63,657 nt of DNA from Octopus bimaculoides (Eukaryota): the NCBI RefSeq assembly GCF_001194135.2, contig NC_068984.1, positions 52,745,416 through 52,809,072 on the forward strand, in the 5' to 3' direction. Below are positions 1 to 62,487 of the stretch, one piece after another (the first letter of the stretch is position 1; every line of letters begins with the position of its first letter). The position numbers and the translations under genes were made by a program. A model generated the notes under the pieces. That model saw nothing but the letters and a program-made list of their open reading frames with translations. It was not told the DNA's origin and ran no database searches.

Positions 1-559
1 GTAAATGAGACGCATCTTTGCCTCCACTGATTCACTTGCAAAGTGTTGAGTAAAATTATTTCGTTGCAGACCTCCTTTGGGTCTTTTTATTATCACTGCG
101 ACACACATAATCCCCAGTTGGTAACATTGATTTCAAGGCCCTCCTAGATGAAAGACTGGCATTCCACTTAATGTCTATGTTCCATGCTGGCATGGATTGG
201 AGAGTTATTAATGTAGAAATATGGTATCGTAGCTACTAACAGTTGAGGGTTGCGTAGTCTAGACGGCGTTTTTAGATTTCATTATTCTCTTTAACCCGGG
301 CAAAGCCGGGTATTTCTGTTAGTACCTAATAAATTCTTAATTAGCCGTGTCATTCTTCGTTTTGTAAAGCCCAGCTTGTCAAAACTGATGACGAGGCAGT
401 TTAGTTACATAACTAACTTCCCTAATAATTACAGGTATAACTCTAAAGTTATAGTTCAGCATTGATGCTTTCTTTGTCTTTTATCTTTAGCAATTTGTTA
501 ACGTCTGCTGGCAACTGATTTATACTACCGTGTCCACTTTGCTTTTCTATTTTCAAGAC

Positions 560-742
560 ATTGTTTTACTCGTTTCAGTCATTGGACTGCGGCCATGCTG
601 GACTTAGTATTAAAGGGTTTTAACCGAACGAATCAACCCCAGTATATTTTAAAGCCTGGTGCTAATTCTATCATTCTCTAATGCCAAACAGCAAAGTTAC
701 GAGGACGTAAGCAAACCAACTCTGATTGCACAGCTGTTGTAA

Positions 743-778
<36 letters not shown>
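560..778 (-). mobile_element. Octopus-type SINE, 3' part, running into (CA)n
   Basis: TTTCAGTCATTGGACTGCGGCCATGCTGG and AATCAACCCCAGTA are approximate reverse complements of the SINE bodies at 22339-22700; a related 3' end lies at 5640-5705. Confidence 0.65.
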
Positions 779-780
<2 letters not shown>

Positions 781-984
781 CTTCCTCACAGATTCCGTCA
801 ACTAAATCCACTCATAAAGCTTTGGTCGGCCCTGGGTTTTGGTAGAAGACGCTTGCTCCTGAACCTGAAACCATGAAATTGGGAAGTAAAATTCTTACCA
901 AGGTTTCGACAACAATATGCCACCAGTATTCTTTTTTATTGTATTGATAAACTTCTTATATTTTTATCTCTGGAACTATCCTTT

Positions 985-1870
985 TTTTACTACTGGACGA
1001 CGACTTCATGCTTCATATGAAGACAGTATTGTGATATTTTCAGGCAGCTGCTTATAATTTGGGTTATATCTTTGGTGTTAATTCCATTTCCGTTGTAACA
1101 GAGATGCAGATATTTTACTTGTATCTCTATTCCTTTGCACATCAAGTTTTTTGTTATTTCCTGTTTCTTGATGGCAGAAGTATATCTTTGAAATTGAGAG
1201 CTGATATACCCGTTATTGGGTCCAAGATTGACTACTTTATCTATGCTACTGTCACTGATGCTTTCTGACAGCACGACCATGACTGTCAGCTAATTAGCAA
1301 AAAACCTTTCATCTGATGTTCTGCAGCTTTCGTGGATGTGTATCCTTTTTCATTAGTCGAGGAGCTTCCTTCCAATTCTGATAATGCTATTTTCCTCATA
1401 CGAGCATACTTGATCTATAGATGTACTTCGATGCTTAATGACTAAACTGTTGTTGAACATATATAATACGATATTTAAAGGTTGTTTGAATTGATACTTA
1501 ACTTCTGTCTACATGTTTCCGTTTTAGATACAGCTGGTCACTATTGACGTGGAAATTCACGTTAGTCGTCGATGGTTTTTAACATCAATGTCTCGGATCT
1601 CGTCTGGTGTCCTGTTGAATAGCGCAAATGTTAGTATGGATACTAGTACAGCAAACACAGTGTGGACCGCTGATTTGTTGTATGCAGAAATCTCTGTGAG
1701 CCATACATTTTTATCTGGGTTACGCATTCCTTTATTATGAGTCCCATCAGAGGATACACGTTCGTCCATTTCTATGTACCTGCTCCATTTTTTGTCATAT
1801 ATCAACAAAATCGTAAGGTCGTTGGTAAGAAATATGATTAGTCTGCCTCTTGGTGTTCCCTCGTTTTACA
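985..1870 (-). mobile_element. Decayed R4/Dong-like (RLE-type) non-LTR retrotransposon fragment
   Basis: Minus-strand peptides LTEISAYNKSAVHTVFAVLVSILTFALFNRTPDEIRDIDVKNHRRLT and SDQLYLKRK resemble the post-RT region (NKITAINT..VPV.YSF..I.WT..E...D.KTR.LLT; DRLYLPRK). HLC...ITQIISSCLK...MKHEVV resembles the CCHC knuckle/RHD region. Many stops and frameshifts. Confidence 0.65.
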
Positions 1871-3004
1871 ATCACACAGAAACATTTATTTTAGCTAAAC
1901 TACTTTCATTATATCCTTTGGAAATATCGTAAGCCGGTCAAGACTTTTTTTTAACCATTCGTATTTATGGTACATACTTCCAGTTATCAACAAAGATACT
2001 ACATATCATCAGGGATTACAAGAATGAATTCAGCCAGTATATTGGTCTGGGACCCAGAGAGCCAAGGCGGAGCCCGTAAATAAACGACGGATCACTCCCA
2101 ACAGTGAAAAAATTACAGCCCCACTCCAGTTTTTAAAGGATACTCCCCATCCTCAGGGGTTCAAAGGTTATCTTATTGCGCCTTGCAATATATCCGTCGG
2201 AGGTCCTATGTATTGTGTTGGTGTTTTTGTGCTCTACTGAGCTAATTACGCCCCCTTCAGCTTTCCTCAACAAAAAAAAATTAGAGGTTCACGAGTATAA
2301 ACAATACTACAGAAATACTGTCTCCTTGAAATACACCCCTGGGATACTTTATCTTATCAGTGACAATACAATCACTGTATTTAATATCAAGCTAGCAGCC
2401 CAGGAAAAGAAAACAGATTCTCTATGGGTCTTGTTTATGGTTTCAGGAACTTTTTCCGGTCAAGCTTTTAGTATCCATCAATGGGTAACAGAAATAAATG
2501 CTTCTTGTAATCCAACTACCCCGCAACTAAATCCCTCCTTGCCACATCACCTCTAATATCACTTTTATGGACTGAAATTTCCTCGGAATATCCCCAAACC
2601 CATTCTTCTGAGCTACTTGATAATAATTCTACTTTCACAATGATCCTAGAGGAATAGGATCAGACAGGCTGTAAAACTTTTAAGTATATTTTAGTATGCA
2701 ATTGGTTGGTAGTCCTTTTTAGAAGGCATTGAACATTTTAGTCAATACCAGTCAACTTGGTGTATCTATACACTCTTTGATAACTTACCGATGACAAAGG
2801 TCAATGAGATATTCTTATCGAAGGTCATTTTTTTATATTAAAAATTTTTTTTTTTTACTTTTCCACAACCAATAGTCAAGTCTCTTCCTGGTGCTTTCCT
2901 ATCTTGAAATGAGAGCTAACATACGGGTTGTTAGTCTAGTCCTTACTTGTATGTGTGTGTAAGTACGTTCCTGCATATTTACACACACACACAAACACAC
3001 ACAC

Positions 3005-3063
<59 letters not shown>

Positions 3064-3270
3064 NNNNNNNNNNNNNNNNNNNNNNNNNNNNNNNNNNNNN
3101 NNNNNNNNNNNNNNNNNNNNNNNNNNNNNNNNNNNNNNNNNNNNNNNNNNNNNNNNNNNNNNNNNNNNNNNNNNNNNNNNNNNNNNNNNNNNNNNNNNNN
3201 NNNNNNNNNNNNNNNNNNNNNNNNNNNNNNNNNNNNNNNNNNNNNNNNNNNNNNNNNNNNNNNNNNNNNN

Positions 3271-3303
<33 letters not shown>

Positions 3304-4994
3304 CATATATATAATGTATACATGTCCGTTCGTTCCTATGTATGTATGTATGTATGTATTGCATAGGTATGACCTTAAACAGCATCCAGTAGTGGAGCCC
3401 TGGTACAGGAGTTCTAGGATTTTCAGGAGTGTGTAATCACATCTGAGCCACTATTTGTTCCCAGGTTTACTCTGACCCGGAGTAGTAGCACCCACCAGGT
3501 CCCCGCTATGGGTTAATTAGAATGTGAACCGCTGGGAGTGAATGACAGCTAGTTCTCGTTAGAATTTCTAAGAGAAAGCAAACTGGTTTTAAAAAGAACC
3601 TGAAGTGCATTTGGCTTCTGATTGTCTGAAACTCTGTTGTACCATGGTATTTGCGCTGGAAAGTGGGTTCCCAATCAAACCAAATTCACGCACAGCAACC
3701 TCTTGGACTTTTGATTCAATGAAGCGGCCTTACTCGGTCACGACTTCACTACCATATGTGTCTATACTGTACCTATTCTTGAGAGGTAGATTTAATCTGT
3801 CTTCTGGTTCGTGACCCAATTATTTGAAAGAAACTGATCAGCTGGAAATAGGAGATCAATCTTCTCTCATCCCACCCTGTCATTTAAAAAACAAAAAGAA
3901 AGACATTGAATAATGTAATCAAGACAGGCTGCTTATGGCTGGAATCCTTTGATCATATGTCGGATAAGGGCTTAACTAGAGTTAAACAATCATCAGCTGG
4001 CCATCAGCGAAATCCTCTCTGCTGCAAATATTCAGACCAAGTGCCCGGCTAGAGTATGAATTATAAGCAGTCATTTCTTCCTCCTGTTAGTTTCGTATAC
4101 CCAGCAAGTATCATGACCGCTTCCCCTCTTGTTTTAAGAGATATAAAAATAAACATCGGGTATACCGTATGATTGTAGTTGAGTTTGGATGTACTTACCC
4201 GTGAGAGTGTACGATTGCACTCCTGCTTGAGTATATTCCCCTCATTTTTTTCTGGAGTATTTTAGTATGAATAGTAAAGTTAGTGTTATGTGATTAGAAT
4301 CAACAAATAAGAGTAGAGAACATGAGAACGTCCACTAAGAAAACCAAAGAGGAGTCTCAGGTTTCAGGTAAAAAAAAAAAAAATCTTACAGTATCTGAAC
4401 GAAATCGTTGTTACAGAATGTATAGTATACAGAAGAAAGAAAGAGGACATAATAGGTGTAAGAGGGAATTGAAGGCTGAAACTGAATCTCTTAAGTAAGT
4501 TGATACTAAAATCCAATCTCAGATTATCTCAAAATGGCGGGTATCAATGATAGCAAGATGGAAACATCTAATAAAGATAGCACTATGGTTCTATATTAAA
4601 CCTTTTCTTTTTTTTTTCTATCTTCTACTTCTTCCACGCTGATTTCTTGTGCCTCGTTTTTCTCATTCTTAGCACCTTCAACTAATGTTCACAACTATGC
4701 GAAATTTGAGATAGCTATTACTTATGTAACAATATCTGAATATATATAAAAGTCAGAAATATACATACGGTCTACTTATATTTTACCTCAAACATTAGGG
4801 CCTCTACCTTGCCATCACCACCGTCGTCATCGCGGTTTATCTCTGAATAGAATTCTATTCACACTTATTTATAACACATTTATTAATAAATCTCTCCCTC
4901 TCTCTCATTCTCCCTCTCTCTCCCTCTCTCTCATTCTCCCTCTCTCTTCCTCTCCCTCTCTCTCTTCCTCTCCCTCCCTCTCTCGTTCTCTGTA

Positions 4995-5033
<39 letters not shown>

Positions 5034-5127
5034 AATACCTGTACACTTACATATATATGCATATATTGCGCAATTCAGGAATGTATTGAGCCCTGCCAGG
5101 TCGAATACTGATATCACTTGTATGAGC

Positions 5128-5137
5128 TATACCCACC

Positions 5138-5178
<41 letters not shown>

Positions 5179-5595
5179 TTTTTTCAGATTGTAGGGAGTA
5201 ATTTTAGGGAGCAGTTCTAGCAAGTCGACCAACCACCTTCTAGTTAGTATGTATGTATGTATGTGTGTGTGTGTGTGTGTGTGTATGCATGTATGTGTAT
5301 AGATGTGTGCATGCATGTGTATAGGTGTGTGTATGCATGTATGTGTGTATAGATGTGTGTGTATGCATGTATGTGTATATATGTGTGCGTATGCATGTAT
5401 GTGTATATATGTGCGTGCGTATGCATGTATGTGTATATATGTGTGTGCGTATGCATGTATGTGTATATATGTGCGTGTATGCATGTATGGGTATATATGT
5501 GCGTGTATGCATGTATGGGTATATATGTGTGCATGTATGCGTGAGTATGCATGTGTGTGTATGCATGTGTGTATATATGTATGTAGAAATTCACA

Positions 5596-5636
<41 letters not shown>
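5128..5636. repeat. Compound (GT)n / (TATG,TGCA)n / (CA)n microsatellite block
   Basis: Directly visible; source of several spurious ORFs. Confidence 0.95.
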
Positions 5637-5759
5637 CTCTTTAACTCTTTACTCTTTGACTAGTTTCAGCTCGAGAGTTGGGGGCCATGCTGGGCCACCG
5701 CCTTTATCTTTGCTACACCTTCACTACTTGATACTTCCTCTGATGTCTGGCATTTTGTG

Positions 5760-6010
5760 ATTGAAGGAGTTTGATACTACTCCCCTCATCTGCGGTTCCT
5801 ACCGTGAGGGAGGGTCATCTGGAATCTTGATCCAGCTTTGCTTTGAAAACATTTACATCCACATTATGCAGGTCTCCCAGGCTTTTTGGGGGGGGGAGAT
5901 ATTGAAGAGCTGTGTATCCTTGAAACCCAAGCTGTTGCAGTATCTGGTTCTCTACCTCGATGGCGATGTTGGGATCTTTAGCAGTGTGCAGTAGGACCCC
6001 GTTCTGCTCT
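5760..6010 (-). mobile_element. CR1/L2-group LINE 3' fragment
   Basis: Minus-strand CNSLGFK..QLFNI and LGDLHNVDVNVFKAKLD..IPDDP match the typical CR1-group ORF2 C-terminus. Confidence 0.6.
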
Positions 6011-7280
6011 TTATGACTTTATTGGCGTGCAACTCAGGGAGATCTCATCTCAGACAGTTGAACGCAGCACAAAAACAGCACAAGAAGCAAATCCCCACCC
6101 TCACACACGCAAAATTGTAAATTACGGGAAGATCTTTTCACCTCCACAAAATACATTACTGTTCCTAGGATCCCGAGAAATTGCTAAGGTTCAGGGAAAA
6201 AGCTTACATGAAATTACTAAACACACACACATACACACACTAATAACAATAATAATAATAACAATAATCAGGGTAACAATGATTATTGATAGATATTAAT
6301 TAATTTGATGTGTGCATTAAACGAGAATATCTTTTATTGTTTATTTGTTGGCTCCACGCCTATGTGAGAAATATTTGTTATTAATACATTGAATGAATGA
6401 TAATATTCCCATCAGGAAATGACAAACTAGTTGATCTAGTCAACAGCTCGGGGTGACCCTTGAAAACCCAGCTTGAGAATGGCAAACGTATGAAAGATAA
6501 ATCACTATCATCGTCATTGTGTTAATAGTGATGGGAACTGTTGTGCAGTAGCTCGACTTATAAGAAATAGTAACCAATTCTCCCCTCAAAGCACAGCATG
6601 CCGTCGTTAAAAATGGAAGTATGCATGTTAGTTGTCGATATACTATATTTTAAACAAGGACAGGATGATCACAGCTTGAGCGCCTTTGCTTAATTTGGGA
6701 TAAATAACATCAGCATCTTGCGACAGTCATTTTCCGCTGCTTTCTTGTTCACACCAGATAATTCGTGTCATCGTCTGATATTATAAGATATAAGGAAAGA
6801 AAGAAAAACAACCTGTCTGTGAAAATAACTAAATGTTTTCTAAGAAAGGAGGTGATTTTTCTGGAAGTTGATAGTTAGTGGCGGATTTAAGTATAAGTCG
6901 AACAAATTATAGCTTAGTGCTGAACAAATAATTTCACAAAATAATTTCAAGACATACAGTATTTCTTGACTTCTAGAATGCTCCAATCTCAAAGACACAT
7001 CTAAATTTGGACTTGAATATTTTTAAATAAATAAATTAGAAGATAAACATTGAAACTAGGTTCTTGTTCTTTCACATACTTTACCATGATGTTTTATTAG
7101 TCACTCAGCGACATATAGATTTTGTTGATGACTCACGGTCTGCATTTTTACTTTTACTTTCGACATAGTTTAGAATAGATAAACCACTTCCAGAGTTAAA
7201 ATTGGTTTATGGAAAATGTAACCGATCTTCGATTTTGAGGGAATCTTAACATTCCTCTGATAAAGTATTACCTATATATA

Positions 7281-8230
7281 TGTCTTAGTCTTAGGTCCTC
7301 CTGCGCTTTGTGGCGCATTGGGCAGCGAGGTTTCTCCAACGTGGTCGATCGGCCGTGGCGATTTCAGCTTCATCCCATTAAATGTCAATGGCTTTGAGGT
7401 CACCGATGAAGGTGCAGTGCCAAGTCACTTTTGGTCGCCATTATTTTCTCTTGCCATGCAGTGGCTTCCACAGAATGGCGGTTTTCGCATGCCGCGACGA
7501 TGGTAATCGGAAGACATGGCCTGCGAATCCCAAGCGTCGCTCAGTGACAACGTCATGGAGAAAACGGGTATAAGTTCGGCGATGTATTTCGTCGTTGGTG
7601 ATGTGGTTCTGGTATGATATTCGCAGTATCCGCCGGAGGCATCGTAGCTGAAATGCATTGAGCCTTCGCACGATCTTTGCCGATGTCTACCACGTTTCCG
7701 CCGCATATATTGCCGATGGTATGACGATGCTGTTGAACAGGCACACTTTGGTTTTGGTGGAGATCGCCCCGCCTGCCCAGATGGGTTTGAGTCTTTTGAA
7801 ACACAGTCGAGGTCTTCCCGATCCGGTAGGCAACGTCGCGTTCGGCGTTTCCATCGTTGGCCACGACGCTGCTCAAATAGGTGGACTCATCAACTTCCTC
7901 AATTTAGTGTTGTCCAATCATCAAGGGGACGCTACTGTTGTTCCCATCAACATATCCAATCCTCATGATCTTCGTCTTGTTAGCACATATGTGGAGTCAG
8001 ATCTTCGCCGCCTCCCGTTCTAATCTCTCTGTTATTGTGCGAATGACTTTCTTCGTCACTCCGAGGAGCGTGATGTCGTCCGCGAAGTCGAGATCAGTCA
8101 GACGCCTCGACCCACACCACGGAATCCCAAATCCGCGTTAGCGCATCGCCCCGTGCATGGCGAAGTTGATCGCCAGAAAAAATAGGAGAGGGGATAGAAT
8201 GCACCTTCAGCATACACCGGTCCAAATGAC
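7281..8230 (-). mobile_element. 5'-truncated RTE-clade LINE (RT C-terminal half and 3' end)
   Basis: DLDFADD catalytic motif at 8075-8095 (minus). RCLRRILRISY..HITNDEI..RRLGFAGHVFRLP..WKPLHGKR (ORF 7441-7671). 3' tail of TAAGAC repeats at about 7281-7295. GC-rich and frameshifted. Confidence 0.88.
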
Positions 8231-8292
8231 TAAGTAGTCTGTGTAACCCGTGTATATATGTATATATATATGTATATATATATATATATATA

Positions 8293-8344
<52 letters not shown>

Positions 8345-9439
8345 ACCAGAGAAGACGATCTAGAAAAGTCGTACATGAAAGAATTGGAAATGATGAAGAT
8401 ACGCTAGATGAAGAATTTTATGAAACTCAAAGCTCAGAAAATTCAGGCTGAAATTCATCACCCACCTGTGAGAGCAGTAATTAATGTAAGTAGGTGACAT
8501 CTAGAAACCTCTGATGAAGCAGTACTAAACAAAGGTCTGAACTCAGAGCACAGGAACAAATATCCGACACTCCAACAACTTCTGCTAATGTGTATTATGA
8601 TGATGTATATATTTGTGTCAATCCGATCGAGAAGACTTGTAACCGAAAGCTTTCCAACCATGACCATTCATTCTATTTTTGGGCATCATATATCTAATTC
8701 TACATTTTCTAATTTAGTGATGGACATCATCTTTCTTTTAAAGATGTAATTCAAGAGAAATCTTGCTGCTATTTCGAGCAGTTTGAAGGACCACACAAAA
8801 GCTGCCTTTGTTTCTTGGTACATAAATGTTTTCTCTTTCCTCCCCCACCCCCACCCCCGAATTGGAGTTTTCGTGACCTTTATAAGATTCGGTTGTATGG
8901 TATGTGTGGAATCTCAGTGATAGGATGGATGTATTTTGAGCTGTGCCTTCTGAGAAAACAGATCTTGTTCTCTGGCCTTATTTTTGTTGTTGTTGCTTAC
9001 CTCTAGGTCTGTCTTGGTCGAGTAGACCTAAGATCAAAAACATATCAATTGAGACTATGCTTTCTTATTTTCACGCCTTTATTACCCAAGACGTTCCTTT
9101 TCCTATTTCTTTCTTTCATTTTTTTTTTAGTCTACTGGATATGATTTGAAGAAGATTTAGATGTTATTTCTAATAGGTCTAACGAACATGTTGAGGGTTC
9201 GTTCTGTTGTTCCCTTGAGGGTTCGTTCTGTTGTTCCCTCGTTGGTTCTATTTTCTTCGGGAGTGTAGCTTGATTTCCTAGGATACAGACTAATGAGAAA
9301 AAGTTGAAATCTTATTTTGATGAATCCTTGTGAGCGTTAAGCATGGGTGGAGGATTGGGACGAAAGCTATTAGATAAAAGTACGTTGTGAATGAGCGTAC
9401 GAGTATTGTTTTAATGTTGTGTTTGTTGGCACTCGGTCG

Positions 9440-9803
9440 CTTACGACGTCGAGTGTTCCAGTTGATCCGATCAACGGAACAGCCTGCTCGTGAAATTAAC
9501 GTGCAAGTGACTGAGCACTCCACAGACACGTGTACCCTTAACGTAGTTCTCGGAGATATTGAGCGTGACACAGTGTGACAAGGCTGACCCTTTGAATTAC
9601 AGGCACAACAGAAACAGGAAGTAAGAGTGAGAGAAAGTTGTGGTGAAAGAGTACAGCAGGGTTCGCCACCATCCCCTGCCGGAGCCTCGTGGAGCTTTAG
9701 GTGTTTTCGCTCAATAAACACTCACAACGCCCGGTCTGGGAATCGAAACCGCGATCCTATGACCGCGAGTCCGCTGCCCTAACCACTGGGTCATTGCGCC
9801 TCC
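9440..9803 (-). mobile_element. tRNA-derived SINE, near-intact copy
   Basis: Minus-strand head GGAGGCGCAATGACCCAGTGGTTAGGGCAGCGGACTCGCGGTCATAGGATCGCGGTTTCGATTCCCAGACC with pol III A/B boxes. Decayed relatives at about 29020-29165 and 44560-44820. Confidence 0.85.
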
Positions 9804-10987
9804 AATGTTGTGTTTAACCCTAAGTCAAACTTAATTACGCAGATCTATCAAAGGTGTTCAAGCCTTAATCATGCATGCCGTTTTTTTACTTTAGGTATAA
9901 TTCATCATATCCAGGACTGCATTTTTCTGGATACAGACGTCTCCACTTTTAAAGATGGTGTGGTGAGATTTGAAAGATTTAGTTGCTATCTCTAGCAAGG
10001 CGAACGGCCATGTTGAGCAGTCTCTTTCTTCCCGACCTGTTTCTTAGGCGCGTGTGTAGACATGTTTAACCCTGATTATTTAGACCAAGATGAACGAATA
10101 CCAATGAGAAAGTTTACACCTGTGCAGTGCACGGAAAAGACATGATAATGTAAGTTATCATTCGACACGCTCTGATATCGCAGCCAGATCTCCCTCAAAT
10201 CTCACCCAACTATTTTTAAAATAATGAACATATTTGATAATGTAATTCGGGATAATGCTTGAAAATAAATGGGATGGTCACAGTTGGATACCTTTGATTG
10301 TAAGCCTGTTCGATCAGGGCTGACTTGGTGCTGAATAACTTCAACCAATTTTATGTCTTTTTCTAAAAAAAAAAAAAAAAAAAAAAAAAGTACGTCTCCC
10401 ATACTGGATCTGGTTTTACCGAATCCATAGTAAATGTTTTGTGTGTGTGTAAACTGGTGTGTTCACTCTTTTAATAAACTACGTTTCCCGTTTATTGTCT
10501 TTAAAACTGATCACAGGATTCACCTTGTAATATCATTACGAACCAGGGAAAGGTAAAGCAATAAATAGGTCTAACATCACTTTCACCGAAGGGCAGGTTG
10601 ACTTACAAATATACGTGAGAGAGTGAGTGAGTGAGTGTATATGTGTGTGTGTCTGCGTGTGTGTGTGTGTGTGGTCTGTATAAATGTGTATGAATGTGTG
10701 TGTGTGCTCTGTATAAGCGTGTGTGTATGTATGTATGTATGTGTGTGTTGTGTATGATATTAAGTAAGTAGAAAGGTAGGTAAGTAAATAGGGAGGAATG
10801 AAGGTAGGTAGGTAGGTCGGTGGGTGGGTAGGTAGGCAAGTGAGTAGAGTGGGGAAGCAGATGGATTGAAAGACAGATAGATAGACTTAAGTTCTGTAAT
10901 AGTGTATATGTGTGCATGTGTGTGTGTATATATATATATATATATTGTGTGTGCGTATATATATATATATATTGTATACTGTATATA

Positions 10988-11920
10988 NNNNNNNNNNNNN
11001 NNNNNNNNNNNNNNNNNNNNNNNNNNNNNNNNNNNNNNNNNNNNNNNNNNNNNNNNNNNNNNNNNNNNNNNNNNNNNNNNNNNNNNNNNNNNNNNNNNNN
11101 NNNNNNNNNNNNNNNNNNNNNNNNNNNNNNNNNNNNNNNNNNNNNNNNNNNNNNNNNNNNNNNNNNNNNNNNNNNNNNNNNNNNNNNNNNNNNNNNNNNN
11201 NNNNNNNNNNNNNNNNNNNNNNNNNNNNNNNNNNNNNNNNNNNNNNNNNNNNNNNNNNNNNNNNNNNNNNNNNNNNNNNNNNNNNNNNNNNNNNNNNNNN
11301 NNNNNNNNNNNNNNNNNNNNNNNNNNNNNNNNNNNNNNNNNNNNNNNNNNNNNNNNNNNNNNNNNNNNNNNNNNNNNNNNNNNNNNNNNNNNNNNNNNNN
11401 NNNNNNNNNNNNNNNNNNNNNNNNNNNNNNNNNNNNNNNNNNNNNNNNNNNNNNNNNNNNNNNNNNNNNNNNNNNNNNNNNNNNNNNNNNNNNNNNNNNN
11501 NNNNNNNNNNNNNNNNNNNNNNNNNNNNNNNNNNNNNNNNNNNNNNNNNNNNNNNNNNNNNNNNNNNNNNNNNNNNNNNNNNNNNNNNNNNNNNNNNNNN
11601 NNNNNNNNNNNNNNNNNNNNNNNNNNNNNNNNNNNNNNNNNNNNNNNNNNNNNNNNNNNNNNNNNNNNNNNNNNNNNNNNNNNNNNNNNNNNNNNNNNNN
11701 NNNNNNNNNNNNNNNNNNNNNNNNNNNNNNNNNNNNNNNNNNNNNNNNNNNNNNNNNNNNNNNNNNNNNNNNNNNNNNNNNNNNNNNNNNNNNNNNNNNN
11801 NNNNNNNNNNNNNNNNNNNNNNNNNNNNNNNNNNNNNNNNNNNNNNNNNNNNNNNNNNNNNNNNNNNNNNNNNNNNNNNNNNNNNNNNNNNNNNNNNNNN
11901 NNNNNNNNNNNNNNNNNNNN
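10988..11920. other. Largest assembly gap, about 810 nt upstream of the tropomyosin ATG (others: 3064-3270, 16908-16929, 32465-32726, 42836-42845, 54839-54848)
   Basis: Runs of N, mostly flanked by (AT)n or other simple repeats. Confidence 1.
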
Positions 11921-12010
11921 NTCCCATAAACCGGCCTTCCCTATTTTTAATATATACTGCTCTACATTTTAGAGTGTTTCTTCTTTCGGACTTATCTCTT
12001 CTAAAAACGA

Positions 12011-12062
<52 letters not shown>

Positions 12063-12519
12063 GTATGTATATATATATGTATTGGAAGTATGTACCGAGC
12101 GTAACACTTTGCGTAAAAGTACTTTTCATTAAATTAATCTTTCTCGAAATGTTGGAAGCTTTATATATTTCATCGCTAAGGTTGTATTAATGAAAAATGA
12201 TTATAACAGTGAGAACAGGAAAATATAAGAAAGTAAGAACGGACAGGAAATGTAGAAAATAAAATGGCAATTTACATCAATGAGTATCTAATTCTACAGA
12301 TTTACAGCAACAAGCTAAAAGGGGAAAGAGTCAAAGAAATTTATTCTGAACAGAATTCTGTCTAAATAGTTGCCTGCTGCCTTTACTACTTTTTCAACAA
12401 GCCAAGTTGATGCTTTCCCTCTGCTAGAAAGACTTGCCAAACAAGGAGGTAACTGTATCACCCAAAACCGTCCCAACTGCAACGCTAAGAAACTGAACAG
12501 ATTCGCGAAAACCCTCTCT

Positions 12520-12629
12520 GATTGGCCAATCGCCACATTCCTACCGTATCTGTCTTGGAATTATTTGGCAGAAAAAATACACGTAAACTCTGTTGTCAGC
12601 TTTCAGTTCGCTCTTCTTCTACACGGATC
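12520..12629 (+). promoter_or_regulatory. Candidate core promoter of exon 1a
   Basis: Palindromic double CCAAT box GATTGGCCAATC (12520-12531). Inr-like TCAGCT (A at 12598) and TCAGTT (12603-12608). DPE-like GGATC at 12625-12629 lies exactly +28 from A12598. About 130 nt upstream of the ATG. Confidence 0.45.
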
Positions 12630-12730
12630 GGGCAGCTCTTGTTTGCAGTAGAAAAGTTCTCTTTTTTCTATTCTAGCCTTATCGGTCTTTTGTATTTTCT
12701 CTATTACTTTTCTCACAATAACCAACAACC

Positions 12731-62338
<49,608 letters not shown>

Positions 62339-62481
62339 GTTCACTATTATGACTATGACAGATCAGCTGCTCTTGCGTCAGACTATTAGATAAGTCTTTC
62401 TGCAGTCATGTGATGATCAAAAAAAAAAAAGAAATTATAATAATAATGAACAGCTGTAACATTTCTGAGCTGCACTTGATG

Positions 62482-62487
62482 AATAAA
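62482..62487 (+). terminator. Candidate polyadenylation signal for exon 9b
   Basis: AATAAA 143 nt after the stop codon; a second AATAAA at 62540-62545. Confidence 0.45.

Noticed and set aside
4855-5663. His/Thr/Tyr- and Cys/Val/Met-rich ORFs
   Set aside because: Translations of dinucleotide and tetranucleotide microsatellites
8505-8535. CTGATGA motif suggesting a hammerhead (also at about 387)
   Set aside because: No GAAA after a stem II and no stem I partner
8839-8858. C-tract array (G-quadruplex on the minus strand)
   Set aside because: Only three full G-tracts, intergenic, and no supporting context
9191-9238. 24-nt direct repeat pair (and the 40367-40538 duplications) as CRISPR-like or functional repeats
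   Set aside because: Two abutting copies without spacers in a eukaryotic genome; simple slippage duplication or assembly artefact
9730-9803. tRNA-like sequence with A and B boxes
   Set aside because: It is the head of a SINE, continues into the SINE body, and lacks a proper acceptor stem
2899-12132. Long ORF-track entries spanning N runs (2899-3385, 10887-12132; also 32339-32817)
   Set aside because: Open only because N codons contain no stops; the flanks are (AT)n/(GT)n microsatellites
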